A DNA stretch of 59,895 nucleotides, from sequence record SRR22947725_1575; one strand, written 5' to 3'. Positions 1 to 8,770 of the stretch are shown here, one piece after another. The first letter of the stretch is position 1. Each line of letters starts with the position of its first letter. The translations under genes were made by a program, and so were the position numbers. Under the pieces are notes generated by a model. The model was given only the letters and a program-made list of their open reading frames with translations. It was not told the DNA's origin and did no database searches.

Positions 1-29
1 AGCCACCGCTTTAAAGCGGTGGCTTTTTT
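1..29 (+). terminator. Rho-independent terminator-like hairpin (possibly bidirectional, also serving rpsR)
   Basis: Perfect palindrome agccaccgcttt/aaagcggtggct (1-24) followed by a T-run, 30 nt beyond the rpsR stop; left flank is cut by the window edge. Confidence 0.7.
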
Positions 30-59
30 GTGAAAGAATTAAAATCGAGACGTTCCCGA

Positions 60-317
60 TTATTTCATCAGCAGCAGCTGACGCGCTTGCTTGATAGAGC
101 GGCTTAGGCGCCGCTGAAATGGAGCAGGTAAACCGGTGTATTTGCGAGGCAGGATCTTGCCTTGTTCGGTCACGTATCGTCGAAGCAAATCGACATTGTA
201 CGGTGCCAAAGCGTCAATGGTAAAGTCGACCACAGGCTTGGGCCTCGGTGTGCGCGTTGTATAACGTCCGGTGGTCTCACCGCGGCGTCCCTTTTCCTTG
301 TTATTCTTGCGTGGCAT
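60..317 (-). CDS. rpsR: 30S ribosomal protein S18 (no zinc-binding Cys)
   Basis: S18 core [23 protein letters not shown]...[13 protein letters not shown]; follows rpmG. Confidence 0.95.
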   Translation of the reverse strand: MPRKNNKEKGRRGETTGRYTTRTPRPKPVVDFTIDALAPYNVDLLRRYVTEQGKILPRKYTGLPAPFQRRLSRSIKQARQLLLMK

Positions 318-355
318 ATCTTATGTTCAATTGAAATTAATTTTTAACACTCAAT

Positions 356-523
356 CTACTTGATCTCACGATGGAGGGTGTGGCGCCGAAGGAATGGGTT
401 GTATTTCTTTTTTTCAACCTTTTCAGTCTGCAATTTTTTATTGCGTGAGGTCATGTAGCGTGAGGGCGGCTTGCCTTCCTTACGTGCTTCTGTACATTCA
501 ATAGTGACTATTTCTCGTGGCAT
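356..523 (-). CDS. rpmG: 50S ribosomal protein L33 (55 aa; not in the ORF track)
   Basis: Manual translation of ATG(523) to TAG(356): [55 protein letters not shown], with L33 motifs RYxTxRNKK and [15 protein letters not shown]; sits directly upstream of rpsR. Confidence 0.95.
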   Translation of the reverse strand: MPREIVTIECTEARKEGKPPSRYMTSRNKKLQTEKVEKKKYNPFLRRHTLHREIK

Positions 524-528
524 GATTT

Positions 529-1155
529 TTAATCCTTGTCTCGATTCGGTTTACGATCGGAATCATCATCATCCGATTCTACAACGGGCGTAGCTCCTGG
601 CGAATCAACAGAGCCAAGTGTCCCAAGTCGTCGCTGGCGAGCAACGCCATCTTTTTCTAGCTGCATTTGTGATTCCACCGTGAAACGAGTCCAGGGAATA
701 GCTTCCAAACGCGCTTTGGGAATTGGCTTTCCAGTCAATTCACAAACGCCATAAGTTTCTTTTTCAATTCGGCGCAAGGCTTCTTCGATTTCATAAACCG
801 CATCCTGATCGGATGACAGAAGACTCAACGCAAAGTCTCGGTCAAAGTTATCTGTCCCGGAATCGGCCATGTGGAGACTATAACTTTGCATCTCTTCAGC
901 TGACTCTTTGGCCAACCCATCCATCTGTGCCATCAGACGCTCGTGTAATTCCAAGAGAGTTTTGTAATATTTCGACCATTGCGGCTTCACTTTGGTCGAA
1001 CTCCAGTTCTTGGATTTTGCTGACTTGGAGCTAGTTTTTGTTTCCTGAACAGGAATCCCCAGAATGGCTGCTGTTGTCGCTGTGGCAACAGTTGACCCAC
1101 CCTTTTTAGCTTTGGCTCCAGTCACCTTTTTTGCTGTTTTTTTCTTCGTTGTCAC
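529..1155 (-). CDS. dksA: DksA/TraR family transcription factor with degenerate zinc finger
   Basis: Lys-rich N-terminus, coiled coil with HMADSGTD tip, [42 protein letters not shown] start; symbol assigned at family level. Confidence 0.85.
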   Translation of the reverse strand: MTTKKKTAKKVTGAKAKKGGSTVATATTAAILGIPVQETKTSSKSAKSKNWSSTKVKPQWSKYYKTLLELHERLMAQMDGLAKESAEEMQSYSLHMADSGTDNFDRDFALSLLSSDQDAVYEIEEALRRIEKETYGVCELTGKPIPKARLEAIPWTRFTVESQMQLEKDGVARQRRLGTLGSVDSPGATPVVESDDDDSDRKPNRDKD

Positions 1156-1376
1156 GGGTTCTAATCCATGTAGTTCAGCCAGTTCCGATCAGGTCTGGCA
1201 GTTCAACAGAACGCCAGAAATTTTGTTAAGAGCGGTGGAATTTAGCAAAGCCTTTTCAAATTACCACCTTTTTTTGAGGGATAAGTAAATTTTGTATTCA
1301 GAAAAGGCGAGCGATCCCCCCATCCACTGCCGAAACTTGGTGTTTTACCTTGAACGGACGATGGTTACGTAATGAT

Positions 1377-1751
1377 TTACTGGCGAGCCTTGCGGCGACG
1401 CATGTCTTTCTCTTTAACAAGCATCGCAGCTTTGCCAATACGACCACGCAGATAAGTCAACTTAGCACGTCGAACAGAGCCATAGCGATCAACGTCGACT
1501 TTGGCAACACGAGGTGAGTGCACTGGGAATACACGCTCAACTCCTTCACCGTAGCTGATGCGTCGGACAGTGAATGATTCATTCACACCTGATCCCCCTC
1601 GAGCGATGACAATACCGGCAAACACCTGAATACGCTCTTTATCGCCTTCAACCACACGGACATGCACCTTCACGGTGTCGCCAACCGAAAAATTCAGAGG
1701 CTCCTTACGAAGGCTGTCGGCCTCAATTTTTTTTAACAATTCCTGATTCAT
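1377..1751 (-). CDS. rplS: 50S ribosomal protein L19
   Basis: [23 protein letters not shown]...[18 protein letters not shown]...[10 protein letters not shown]. Confidence 0.97.
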   Translation of the reverse strand: MNQELLKKIEADSLRKEPLNFSVGDTVKVHVRVVEGDKERIQVFAGIVIARGGSGVNESFTVRRISYGEGVERVFPVHSPRVAKVDVDRYGSVRRAKLTYLRGRIGKAAMLVKEKDMRRRKARQ

Positions 1752-1787
1752 ACAACGTTGTGATTTCTAAATGAGGGGAAAGCCCCT

Positions 1788-2465
1788 CTATTTTAAATAT
1801 TTTACCAAATCCGGGCGCATCGCCTCGGTTCGCTTGATCGCCTGTTCGTGCCGCCACTTGGCTATAGCCGCATGATTGCCCGACATCAAAATTTCCGGAA
1901 CCTTCATGTCCCTGAAAACTTGAGGACGTGTGTAGTGCGGGTATTCCAGCAATCCATGGCTGAACGATTCGTCCACAGAGCTTTCAGCATCTCCCAACAC
2001 CCCAGGCACCAACCTGGTCACGCAATCGACAATTACCATTGCGGGAAGCGCGCCATTTGTCAGAACGTAATCTCCAATTGAAAACGTTTCATCGATCAGC
2101 GCTTCCCTGATCCTTTCGTCGAATCCTTCATAACTCCCACACAACAGTACCAGATGTGGGCACTTGGAAAGCCTGACGCCATCCGCCTGTTGAAACTGCT
2201 TCCCTGAGGGTGCCATCATTATGACAGCAGTCCCTTCGGTTCTCATGCTTTCCACAGCATCGAAAACAGGCTCGGGTTTGAGAACCATTCCTGGTCCTCC
2301 ACCAAAAGGTCGATCATCGACTACGCGATGCTTGTCCTTCGTAAAATCTCTAAGGTTGTGGATACTTAAATCCAGTAAACCTCTGTCCTGGGCTCGCTTT
2401 AGAATACTTTCATTGAGCGGTCCCAAAAACATTTCAGGAAACAACGAAATGATGTCTACCTTCAT
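1788..2465 (-). CDS. trmD: tRNA (guanine-N1)-methyltransferase TrmD
   Basis: VDDRPFGGGPGMV, CGSYEGFDER, SIGDYVLTNG, LLEYPHYTRP, SGNH motifs. Confidence 0.97.
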   Translation of the reverse strand: MKVDIISLFPEMFLGPLNESILKRAQDRGLLDLSIHNLRDFTKDKHRVVDDRPFGGGPGMVLKPEPVFDAVESMRTEGTAVIMMAPSGKQFQQADGVRLSKCPHLVLLCGSYEGFDERIREALIDETFSIGDYVLTNGALPAMVIVDCVTRLVPGVLGDAESSVDESFSHGLLEYPHYTRPQVFRDMKVPEILMSGNHAAIAKWRHEQAIKRTEAMRPDLVKYLK

Positions 2466-2539
2466 ATAAGTTTTAAGGTAACGGACACCATAATGCGATC
2501 CCTGGTTACAGAGCCAGACCTACCCTCAACTGAACGAAC

Positions 2540-2779
2540 TTAAACTTCCAATTCGGAAACCTCGAGAACACACCGGGCATCCGCCTTCGCGCTGCCTGCT
2601 TGCATCAAACCGCGAATGGCGTTGATGGTGTTACCCTGTTTTCCAATCACCTTCCCCATGTCATCAGGATGAAGTTTGACTTTGAAAACTGTAAGACCAT
2701 CTTTGTCTTCAGCTTCAATTTCCATTGAATCAGGGTTCTCAATGAGCCCCTTGATTACGTATTCTACATAAGTCTGCAT
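2540..2779 (-). CDS. khpA: KH-domain RNA-binding protein KhpA (YlqC family)
   Basis: DMGKVIGKQGNTINAIR (GxxG loop); position between rpsP and trmD; ATG at 2779 preferred over the track's 2800 start. Confidence 0.9.
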   Translation of the reverse strand: MQTYVEYVIKGLIENPDSMEIEAEDKDGLTVFKVKLHPDDMGKVIGKQGNTINAIRGLMQAGSAKADARCVLEVSELEV

Positions 2780-2818
2780 GGTCTTATCAGCAAAAATCAA
2801 TAACCGCTCAGCTCAAAA

Positions 2819-3106
2819 TCAGGCAGTCGCAGCATCTGCTTCCACCTCTTCTGCAACAACTTCAGCAGAAGCCTTGCGTGCCTTACGGATGAAACTCATG
2901 ACCGTGTCAGACGGCTGAGCACCGCAAGAGATCCAGTAATCGATTCTCTCCAGATTTAGCTCGAATTTTTGACCAGAACGGGAAGGATGATAGGTTCCCA
3001 ATTCTTCTATGCACTTGCCGTCACGCGGGCTGCGGCAGTCTGCAGCAACAACGCGGTAAACGGGATGATTTCTCGCGCCCATGCGCTTTAAACGGATTTT
3101 TACCAT
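2819..3106 (-). CDS. rpsP: 30S ribosomal protein S16
   Basis: MVKIRLKRMG...YRVVAAD.RSPRDGK.IEELGTY...GAQPSDTV. Confidence 0.97.
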   Translation of the reverse strand: MVKIRLKRMGARNHPVYRVVAADCRSPRDGKCIEELGTYHPSRSGQKFELNLERIDYWISCGAQPSDTVMSFIRKARKASAEVVAEEVEADAATA

Positions 3107-3251
3107 ATTCAGTTACAACTCAAATGATTTTTCACCTAGTCAAGGTGATCAGGTCTTGTTTAAGTTTGCCCCGCAAAAGGGGAACGAGGAAATTATGCAT
3201 GGCACCTGGGAATGGCAAGCTCTCTTTTTAAAAAAAACCTTTATCAAGGCA

Positions 3252-3288
3252 TTGACAAAATCTTCAAACTTTAGTTAATTAAGAAAGG
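3252..3288 (+). promoter_or_regulatory. Candidate sigma70 promoter and RBS for the cys operon
   Basis: TTGACA (3252-3257), 17-nt spacer, weak -10 TTAATT (3275-3280), then AGAAAGG before the ATG at 3299. Confidence 0.4.
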
Positions 3289-3298
3289 TAATTTACTT

Positions 3299-4981
3299 AT
3301 GATTAAACCAGCATCGGAAAAAAAGCTATCGCATAACGAAATCCTCAAGGAAAACGATCCCCTTTTGGCAGGCAATCTTGCAGCCACTCTCAACGACCCT
3401 GAAGTAGATCGCTTTTCCAAAGATGACGGGCAATTTCTGAAATTTCACGGTATCTACCAGCAGGATGACCGCGATAAACGCAAAACAGGCAAACATTACA
3501 TGTTCATGATCCGTGGACGGATCGCTAGCGGGATCATGGCGCCAGACCAGTATAGGGTTTACGATGATCTGGCCACCAACTACGCCAATAACACCTTGAG
3601 ACTGACATCGCGGCAAAGCATTCAATTCCATGGTGTCGTCAAGACGGGACTGGGCCCACTGATGAAAACCATCAACGAAGCGTTGATGACCACCCTTGCG
3701 GCATGCGGTGATGTGAATCGCAACGTAATGGCATCCCCTACACCCGCCACTGACGCGTGGATCAACAAAGTGCATGAAGATTCAGAACTATTGTCAAATG
3801 CGTTACAACCTACCACTCAGGCCTACCATTCCATTTGGGTTGAGGGCGTTCAACTGGATCTGGAGGAGCACAAGGATCACGACGATCCTCTCTATGGAAA
3901 AACGTATCTCCCACGTAAATTCAAGACGGCATTCGCAATCCCTCCTCTGAACGATGTCGATCTCTTCACCAATTGTCTCGGATTTGTTGCGATCGCCGAG
4001 AATGACAAACTGGTTGGTTACAACCTCACGGCCGGCGGCGGCCTGGGTATGAGCCATAACAACCCGAACACATTTCCGCGGAAAGCAGATGTGATTGGCT
4101 ACATCGCCCGTGATCAGATAGAGAACGTTGCAAAGGGAGTCCTGACGATCCACCGTGATTTCGGAGACCGAACCGACCGCAAACACGCGCGCTTGAAATA
4201 TGTGCTGGAAGAAAAAGGCGTTGAATGGTTCAGAAATGAACTGGAAAAGCGCATAGGATTCAAACTGGAAGATGCAAAACCATTTGAATTCACCCGTCAA
4301 GGAGACCGATTCGGATGGCACAAACAAGCCGATGGGAACCATTTTCTGGGACTTTTCGTTGAGGCTGGAAGGATCAAGGACACTGATTCGATTCAACTAA
4401 AAACAGCGATACGCAAGGTAGTGGATAGCTACAACACCGAAATCCGCCTCACGCCGACACAAAACATACTCATAGTGAATGTGACGCCCGAATCGGTAGA
4501 AGGGATCAACAAGATCCTTGCAGACCACGGGGTCCAAACGACACATGAAAAGTCACCGGTGCGCAGTGCCACCATGGCATGCCCTGCGCTTCCGACATGT
4601 GGATTGGCTTTGGCTGAATCAGAAAGATATCTTCCTGGATTGATTGACCGTGTTGAAGGCTTACTCGGAAACGCAGGTATTCCCCAAGAGGAAATCATTA
4701 TTCGCATGACCGGCTGCCCGAATGGATGCGCGCGTCCTTACATGGCAGAACTGGCTTTCGTAGGCCGCGCCCCAAAAAAATACAATGTTTATGTGGGCGG
4801 CAACGAATCCGGAACTCGATTGAACCGACTCTACAAAGTGAGTGTCAAAGACGACGAAATGGATGAGTTACTCGGCTCATTGCTGCACCGCTTCAAGGGC
4901 GAGCGTCAAACGGACGAACGCTTCGGTGACTGGAGCGCCAGAGCCCTCTGGAAAGAGCTCGATGAACAGGAAGAGGTATGA
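3299..4981 (+). CDS. cysI: Assimilatory sulfite reductase hemoprotein (siroheme/4Fe-4S) subunit
   Basis: LKFHGIYQQDDRD, ACGDVNRN, YLPRKFK, ACPALPTCGLA and TGCPNGCARP ligand motifs. Confidence 0.93.
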   Translation: MIKPASEKKLSHNEILKENDPLLAGNLAATLNDPEVDRFSKDDGQFLKFHGIYQQDDRDKRKTGKHYMFMIRGRIASGIMAPDQYRVYDDLATNYANNTLRLTSRQSIQFHGVVKTGLGPLMKTINEALMTTLAACGDVNRNVMASPTPATDAWINKVHEDSELLSNALQPTTQAYHSIWVEGVQLDLEEHKDHDDPLYGKTYLPRKFKTAFAIPPLNDVDLFTNCLGFVAIAENDKLVGYNLTAGGGLGMSHNNPNTFPRKADVIGYIARDQIENVAKGVLTIHRDFGDRTDRKHARLKYVLEEKGVEWFRNELEKRIGFKLEDAKPFEFTRQGDRFGWHKQADGNHFLGLFVEAGRIKDTDSIQLKTAIRKVVDSYNTEIRLTPTQNILIVNVTPESVEGINKILADHGVQTTHEKSPVRSATMACPALPTCGLALAESERYLPGLIDRVEGLLGNAGIPQEEIIIRMTGCPNGCARPYMAELAFVGRAPKKYNVYVGGNESGTRLNRLYKVSVKDDEMDELLGSLLHRFKGERQTDERFGDWSARALWKELDEQEEV

Positions 4982-5030
4982 TCCAAGCAGATTCTGGTTA
5001 CACATGGCAGTGATCCGTTGAAATAACGAT

Positions 5031-5801
5031 ATGCCCGATCAAACGGTAATGACAACTAAAGTGATGCCTTCGAAACCAAAGTTGACTTCACTTCATGGAA
5101 TTAACCTGCAAGAGGAGAACTCCAAGCTGGAGAATCTTGATGCCGAAAATCGTGTTGCATGGGCAGCGGAGCATTACAGCAAGAGCATTGTGATGTCCTC
5201 CAGCTTTGGCGCACAAGCTGCTGTGTGTCTACACATGGTGACACGCCAAGTTCCTGATGTCCCTGTAATCCTCATCGATACTGGTTACCTTTTTGCAGAA
5301 ACTTACCTATTCATTGATGAGCTAACCAAACGACTCAACCTTAACTTGAAAGTTTACCACGCCGCAACATCGCCGGCTTGGCAGGAGGTGCGTTATGGGA
5401 AGCTTTGGGAAAACGGAGTTGAAGGTATAACTCAATACAATAAAATCAATAAAGTGGAACCTATGCGCCGTGCGCTGAACGAATTGAAACCAAAAGTCTG
5501 GATAGCAGGCTTAAGACGTGAACAAAGTTCAAGTCGCCAAAAACTGAACGTTCTGGCGGTTGATGACTCACACATTAAAATCCATCCTATCGTTGATTGG
5601 ACGAGCAAAAATGTTTTCGAATACCTCAAGGAACACAACCTTCCCTATCATCCTTTGTGGCATCAAGGATATATGAGCATTGGAGACGTTCACACCACCA
5701 AGCGTGTGGATGAAGGAATGACGGAAGAAGAATCTCGTTTTTTCGGATTGAAACGCGAATGCGGTTTGCACGAAACGGCGTCGAGCGACTTCAGCATTTA
5801 A
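5031..5801 (+). CDS. cysH: Phosphoadenosine phosphosulfate (PAPS) reductase
   Basis: SSSFG, IDTGYLF, NKVEPM, YHPLW.QGY.SIGD, C-terminal ECGLH; lacks the CC...CxxC Fe-S ligands of APS reductases; start may be a downstream ATG. Confidence 0.92.
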   Translation: MPDQTVMTTKVMPSKPKLTSLHGINLQEENSKLENLDAENRVAWAAEHYSKSIVMSSSFGAQAAVCLHMVTRQVPDVPVILIDTGYLFAETYLFIDELTKRLNLNLKVYHAATSPAWQEVRYGKLWENGVEGITQYNKINKVEPMRRALNELKPKVWIAGLRREQSSSRQKLNVLAVDDSHIKIHPIVDWTSKNVFEYLKEHNLPYHPLWHQGYMSIGDVHTTKRVDEGMTEEESRFFGLKRECGLHETASSDFSI

Positions 5802-5833
5802 AAAACTCATTTCAGACGGTATTTGGAATCATC

Positions 5834-6460
5834 ATGTCGCAGGAAAACATTCACCCCATCTTTCACCAAAGCCTTGATCGATTCAGCAAAGAAAAGCTAT
5901 TGAATCAAAGAGGTTATGTTATCTGGCTGTACGGGCTTTCAGGTGCAGGTAAAAGCACTTTGGCCATTGCGCTTGAGAAAGCGTTGCATCAAAAGGGTAT
6001 CATGACTCAGCTTCTAGATGGGGATAACATCCGATCAGGGCTCAACAAGAACCTTGGATTTTCTGACGAGGACCGTATCGAAAACATTCGCCGCATTGCT
6101 GAAGTAGCGAAGCTTTTTGCTCATGCAGGTATTGTTACCATCGCTTCGTTTATTACCCCCAAAAAAGAACTGCGAACTCTGGCTAGAGAAGTGGTCGGGG
6201 AATCTGATTTTCGGGCAGTTTTTGTCACTTGCTCGTTCGAAACTTGCGAACAAAGAGACGTGAAAGGACTTTACGCAAAAGCGAGGGTAGGAAAAATCAA
6301 AGACTTCACAGGAAAAGATTCTTCTTTCGAAGCTCCCGATGATTCTCACCCTCCAGACCTCACATTGGACACAGATAAAACGAGCAAGGCTACTTGTCTA
6401 CAAGAACTTCAAAAGTTCATAAAGGATACATTCTCGGTAAAACGTCCCTTATCAAACTAA
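5834..6460 (+). CDS. cysC: Adenylyl-sulfate kinase
   Basis: P-loop GLSGAGKST, LDGDNIR.GL, ENIRRIAEVAKL, RDVKGLY, FTG; ATG at 5834 preferred because the track start overlaps cysH. Confidence 0.95.
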   Translation: MSQENIHPIFHQSLDRFSKEKLLNQRGYVIWLYGLSGAGKSTLAIALEKALHQKGIMTQLLDGDNIRSGLNKNLGFSDEDRIENIRRIAEVAKLFAHAGIVTIASFITPKKELRTLAREVVGESDFRAVFVTCSFETCEQRDVKGLYAKARVGKIKDFTGKDSSFEAPDDSHPPDLTLDTDKTSKATCLQELQKFIKDTFSVKRPLSN

Positions 6461-6492
6461 TTTAACGCAATTTAAGAAGATTTTCTAATTTC

Positions 6493-7398
6493 ATGCATAC
6501 TTATAGATTAACACATTTGAAGTCACTTGAAGCAGAGGCCATTTTCATCATGAGAGAAGTGGCAGCGCAGTTTGAAAAGCCTGTTTTATTATTTTCGGGA
6601 GGCAAAGATTCAATTGTTATGCTGCGATTGGCTCAAAAAGCATTTCATCCAGCAAAAATCCCTTATCCTTTGATGCACGTCGATACTGGACATAATTTTC
6701 CGGAAACTATCGAATTTCGAGATAGGCTTGTTGAAGAGGTAGGCGCCAATCTGATTGTGCGTACTGTTCAGGAATCAATTGACAAGGGTCGAGCCACCGA
6801 AGAAACAGGTCCACATGCCAGCCGCAATATGCTCCAAACGGTAACACTCCTAGACGCGCTCGAAGAGTTTCAATTCAGCGCTGCCATTGGCGGTGCAAGG
6901 CGTGATGAGGAAAAAGCACGTGCCAAGGAACGATTCTTCTCTCACCGAAATGAATTTGGTCAATGGGACCCGAAAAACCAACGCCCAGAGCTGTGGAATT
7001 TGTTTAATGGAAAAATGCATATGGCCGAACATTTCCGAGTCTTCCCATTAAGTAACTGGACAGAGATGGATGTCTGGCAATACATCAAGTTAGAGGAACT
7101 TTCTTTACCCTCCATCTATTTCAGCCACGAAAGGGAAGTCATCCATCGAAATGGCATTTACCTCGCAAACTCGGAATATCTTACCATTGGAAAAGATGAA
7201 ATTGTGAAAAACATGCTTGTTCGTTGCCGAACAGTCGGAGATATGACCTGCACAGGTGTCGTGGCTTCACCCGCTCGCAATGTCGATGATATCATTTCCG
7301 AAGTCGCAGCGGCTCGGGTTACAGAACGAGGTGGCAGAGCCGATGACAAGCGCACTGAAACAGCCATGGAGGACCGTAAAAAAGACGGTTACTTTTGA
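6493..7398 (+). CDS. cysD: Sulfate adenylyltransferase subunit 2
   Basis: LEAEAIFIMREV, FSGGKDS, GGARRDEEKARAKER, QRPELW, RVFPLSNWTE, RKKDGYF. Confidence 0.97.
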   Translation: MHTYRLTHLKSLEAEAIFIMREVAAQFEKPVLLFSGGKDSIVMLRLAQKAFHPAKIPYPLMHVDTGHNFPETIEFRDRLVEEVGANLIVRTVQESIDKGRATEETGPHASRNMLQTVTLLDALEEFQFSAAIGGARRDEEKARAKERFFSHRNEFGQWDPKNQRPELWNLFNGKMHMAEHFRVFPLSNWTEMDVWQYIKLEELSLPSIYFSHEREVIHRNGIYLANSEYLTIGKDEIVKNMLVRCRTVGDMTCTGVVASPARNVDDIISEVAAARVTERGGRADDKRTETAMEDRKKDGYF

Positions 7399-7443
7399 TC
7401 AATCGTTTAACGCCTCTTCAAATAAATATAAAATTTCTATAAA

Positions 7444-8715
7444 ATGACCACTGAAAAAGGATACTTAGACATGGACCTCCTGCGCTTCACAACAGCTGGA
7501 AGCGTGGATGATGGCAAAAGCACTTTGATTGGACGGCTCCTCTATGACTGTAAATCTATTTTTGAAGACCAGTTGGAAGCCGTCGAGGAATCCAGCAAGA
7601 AGCGAGGTGACGCAATCGTCAATCTGGCTTTGTTGACCGATGGATTGAAAGCCGAGCGTGAGCAGGGAATCACCATCGATGTCGCCTATAGATACTTCGC
7701 GACACCCAAGCGGAAGTTCATCATCTCCGACACGCCGGGACACATCCAATACACACGCAACATGGTGACAGGGGCGTCCACTGCAAGTCTTGCCATTATT
7801 CTGGTGGACGCGCGCAAAGGGGTCATCGAGCAAACATGTCGCCACTCCTTTATTGCTTCTCTTCTCCAGATCCAGCACGTGATTGTAGCGGTCAATAAGA
7901 TGGATCTTGTTGACCACAAAGAAGAGGTTTTCGATCAAATTGTCAAAGATTACGAAGGCTTCTCCTCACGTCTGGAAATTCCTCATATTGATTTCATCCC
8001 GATCAGCGCCCTTCATGGAGACAACGTGGTGGAAAAATCGGCTTCCATGCCATGGTACAAGGGGGGCACGCTTCTTTATACGCTGGAAAATGTTTTCATC
8101 GGAAATGAGCACAATCACGTAGACGCCCGTTTTCCTGTCCAATGGGTGATACGGCCTCAAAGCAAGGAACACCATGATTTCCGAGGTTTCGGCGGACGGG
8201 TCGCGGGCGGCGTTTTCAAGAAGGGTGATGAAGTAACGGTCCAGCCTTCCGGTTTCAGATCAAAAATCAAGGGCATCCACACCTTTGAAGGAGAAGTCCC
8301 CGAAGCGTTTGCTCCCATGTCAGTAAGCATCACTCTGGAGGATGAAATCGACATCAGCCGAGGGGACATGATTGTCAAGCAGAACAATCCTCCAAGGGTA
8401 GAGCAGGATATTGACGCCATGATTTGCTGGTTTTCTGAGTCGACCCAATTACAGCTGGGACGCAAGTACACCATCCGCCACACGACTCGAGAGGCGAAAT
8501 GCATCATCAAAGAGACCAAATACAAGGTCGACGTCAACACACTGCACAAAATTGAAGATGATTTGGAAGTGGGATTGAACGACATTGCTCGTATTTCGTT
8601 CAGAACATCCACTCCCCTGCTCCATGATTCATACAAACGAAACCGCCAGACTGGCAGTTTTATCATTGTGGATGACGCTACCAACGCGACTGTTGCTGCA
8701 GGAATGATTATCTGA
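7444..8715 (+). CDS. cysN: Sulfate adenylyltransferase subunit 1 (GTPase)
   Basis: GSVDDGKST, EREQGITIDVAYRYF, DTPGH, NKMD; no fused APS kinase domain. Confidence 0.97.
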   Translation: MTTEKGYLDMDLLRFTTAGSVDDGKSTLIGRLLYDCKSIFEDQLEAVEESSKKRGDAIVNLALLTDGLKAEREQGITIDVAYRYFATPKRKFIISDTPGHIQYTRNMVTGASTASLAIILVDARKGVIEQTCRHSFIASLLQIQHVIVAVNKMDLVDHKEEVFDQIVKDYEGFSSRLEIPHIDFIPISALHGDNVVEKSASMPWYKGGTLLYTLENVFIGNEHNHVDARFPVQWVIRPQSKEHHDFRGFGGRVAGGVFKKGDEVTVQPSGFRSKIKGIHTFEGEVPEAFAPMSVSITLEDEIDISRGDMIVKQNNPPRVEQDIDAMICWFSESTQLQLGRKYTIRHTTREAKCIIKETKYKVDVNTLHKIEDDLEVGLNDIARISFRTSTPLLHDSYKRNRQTGSFIIVDDATNATVAAGMII

Positions 8716-8730
8716 TCATAACGATCATTC

Positions 8731-8766
8731 AAACGGCGGGCATGGTTTCATGCTCGCCGTTTTTTG
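8731..8766 (+). terminator. Rho-independent terminator of the cys operon
   Basis: aaacggcgggcatg-gttt-catgctcgccgttt followed by a T-run, between convergent genes. Confidence 0.8.
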
Positions 8767-8770
8767 TGAT

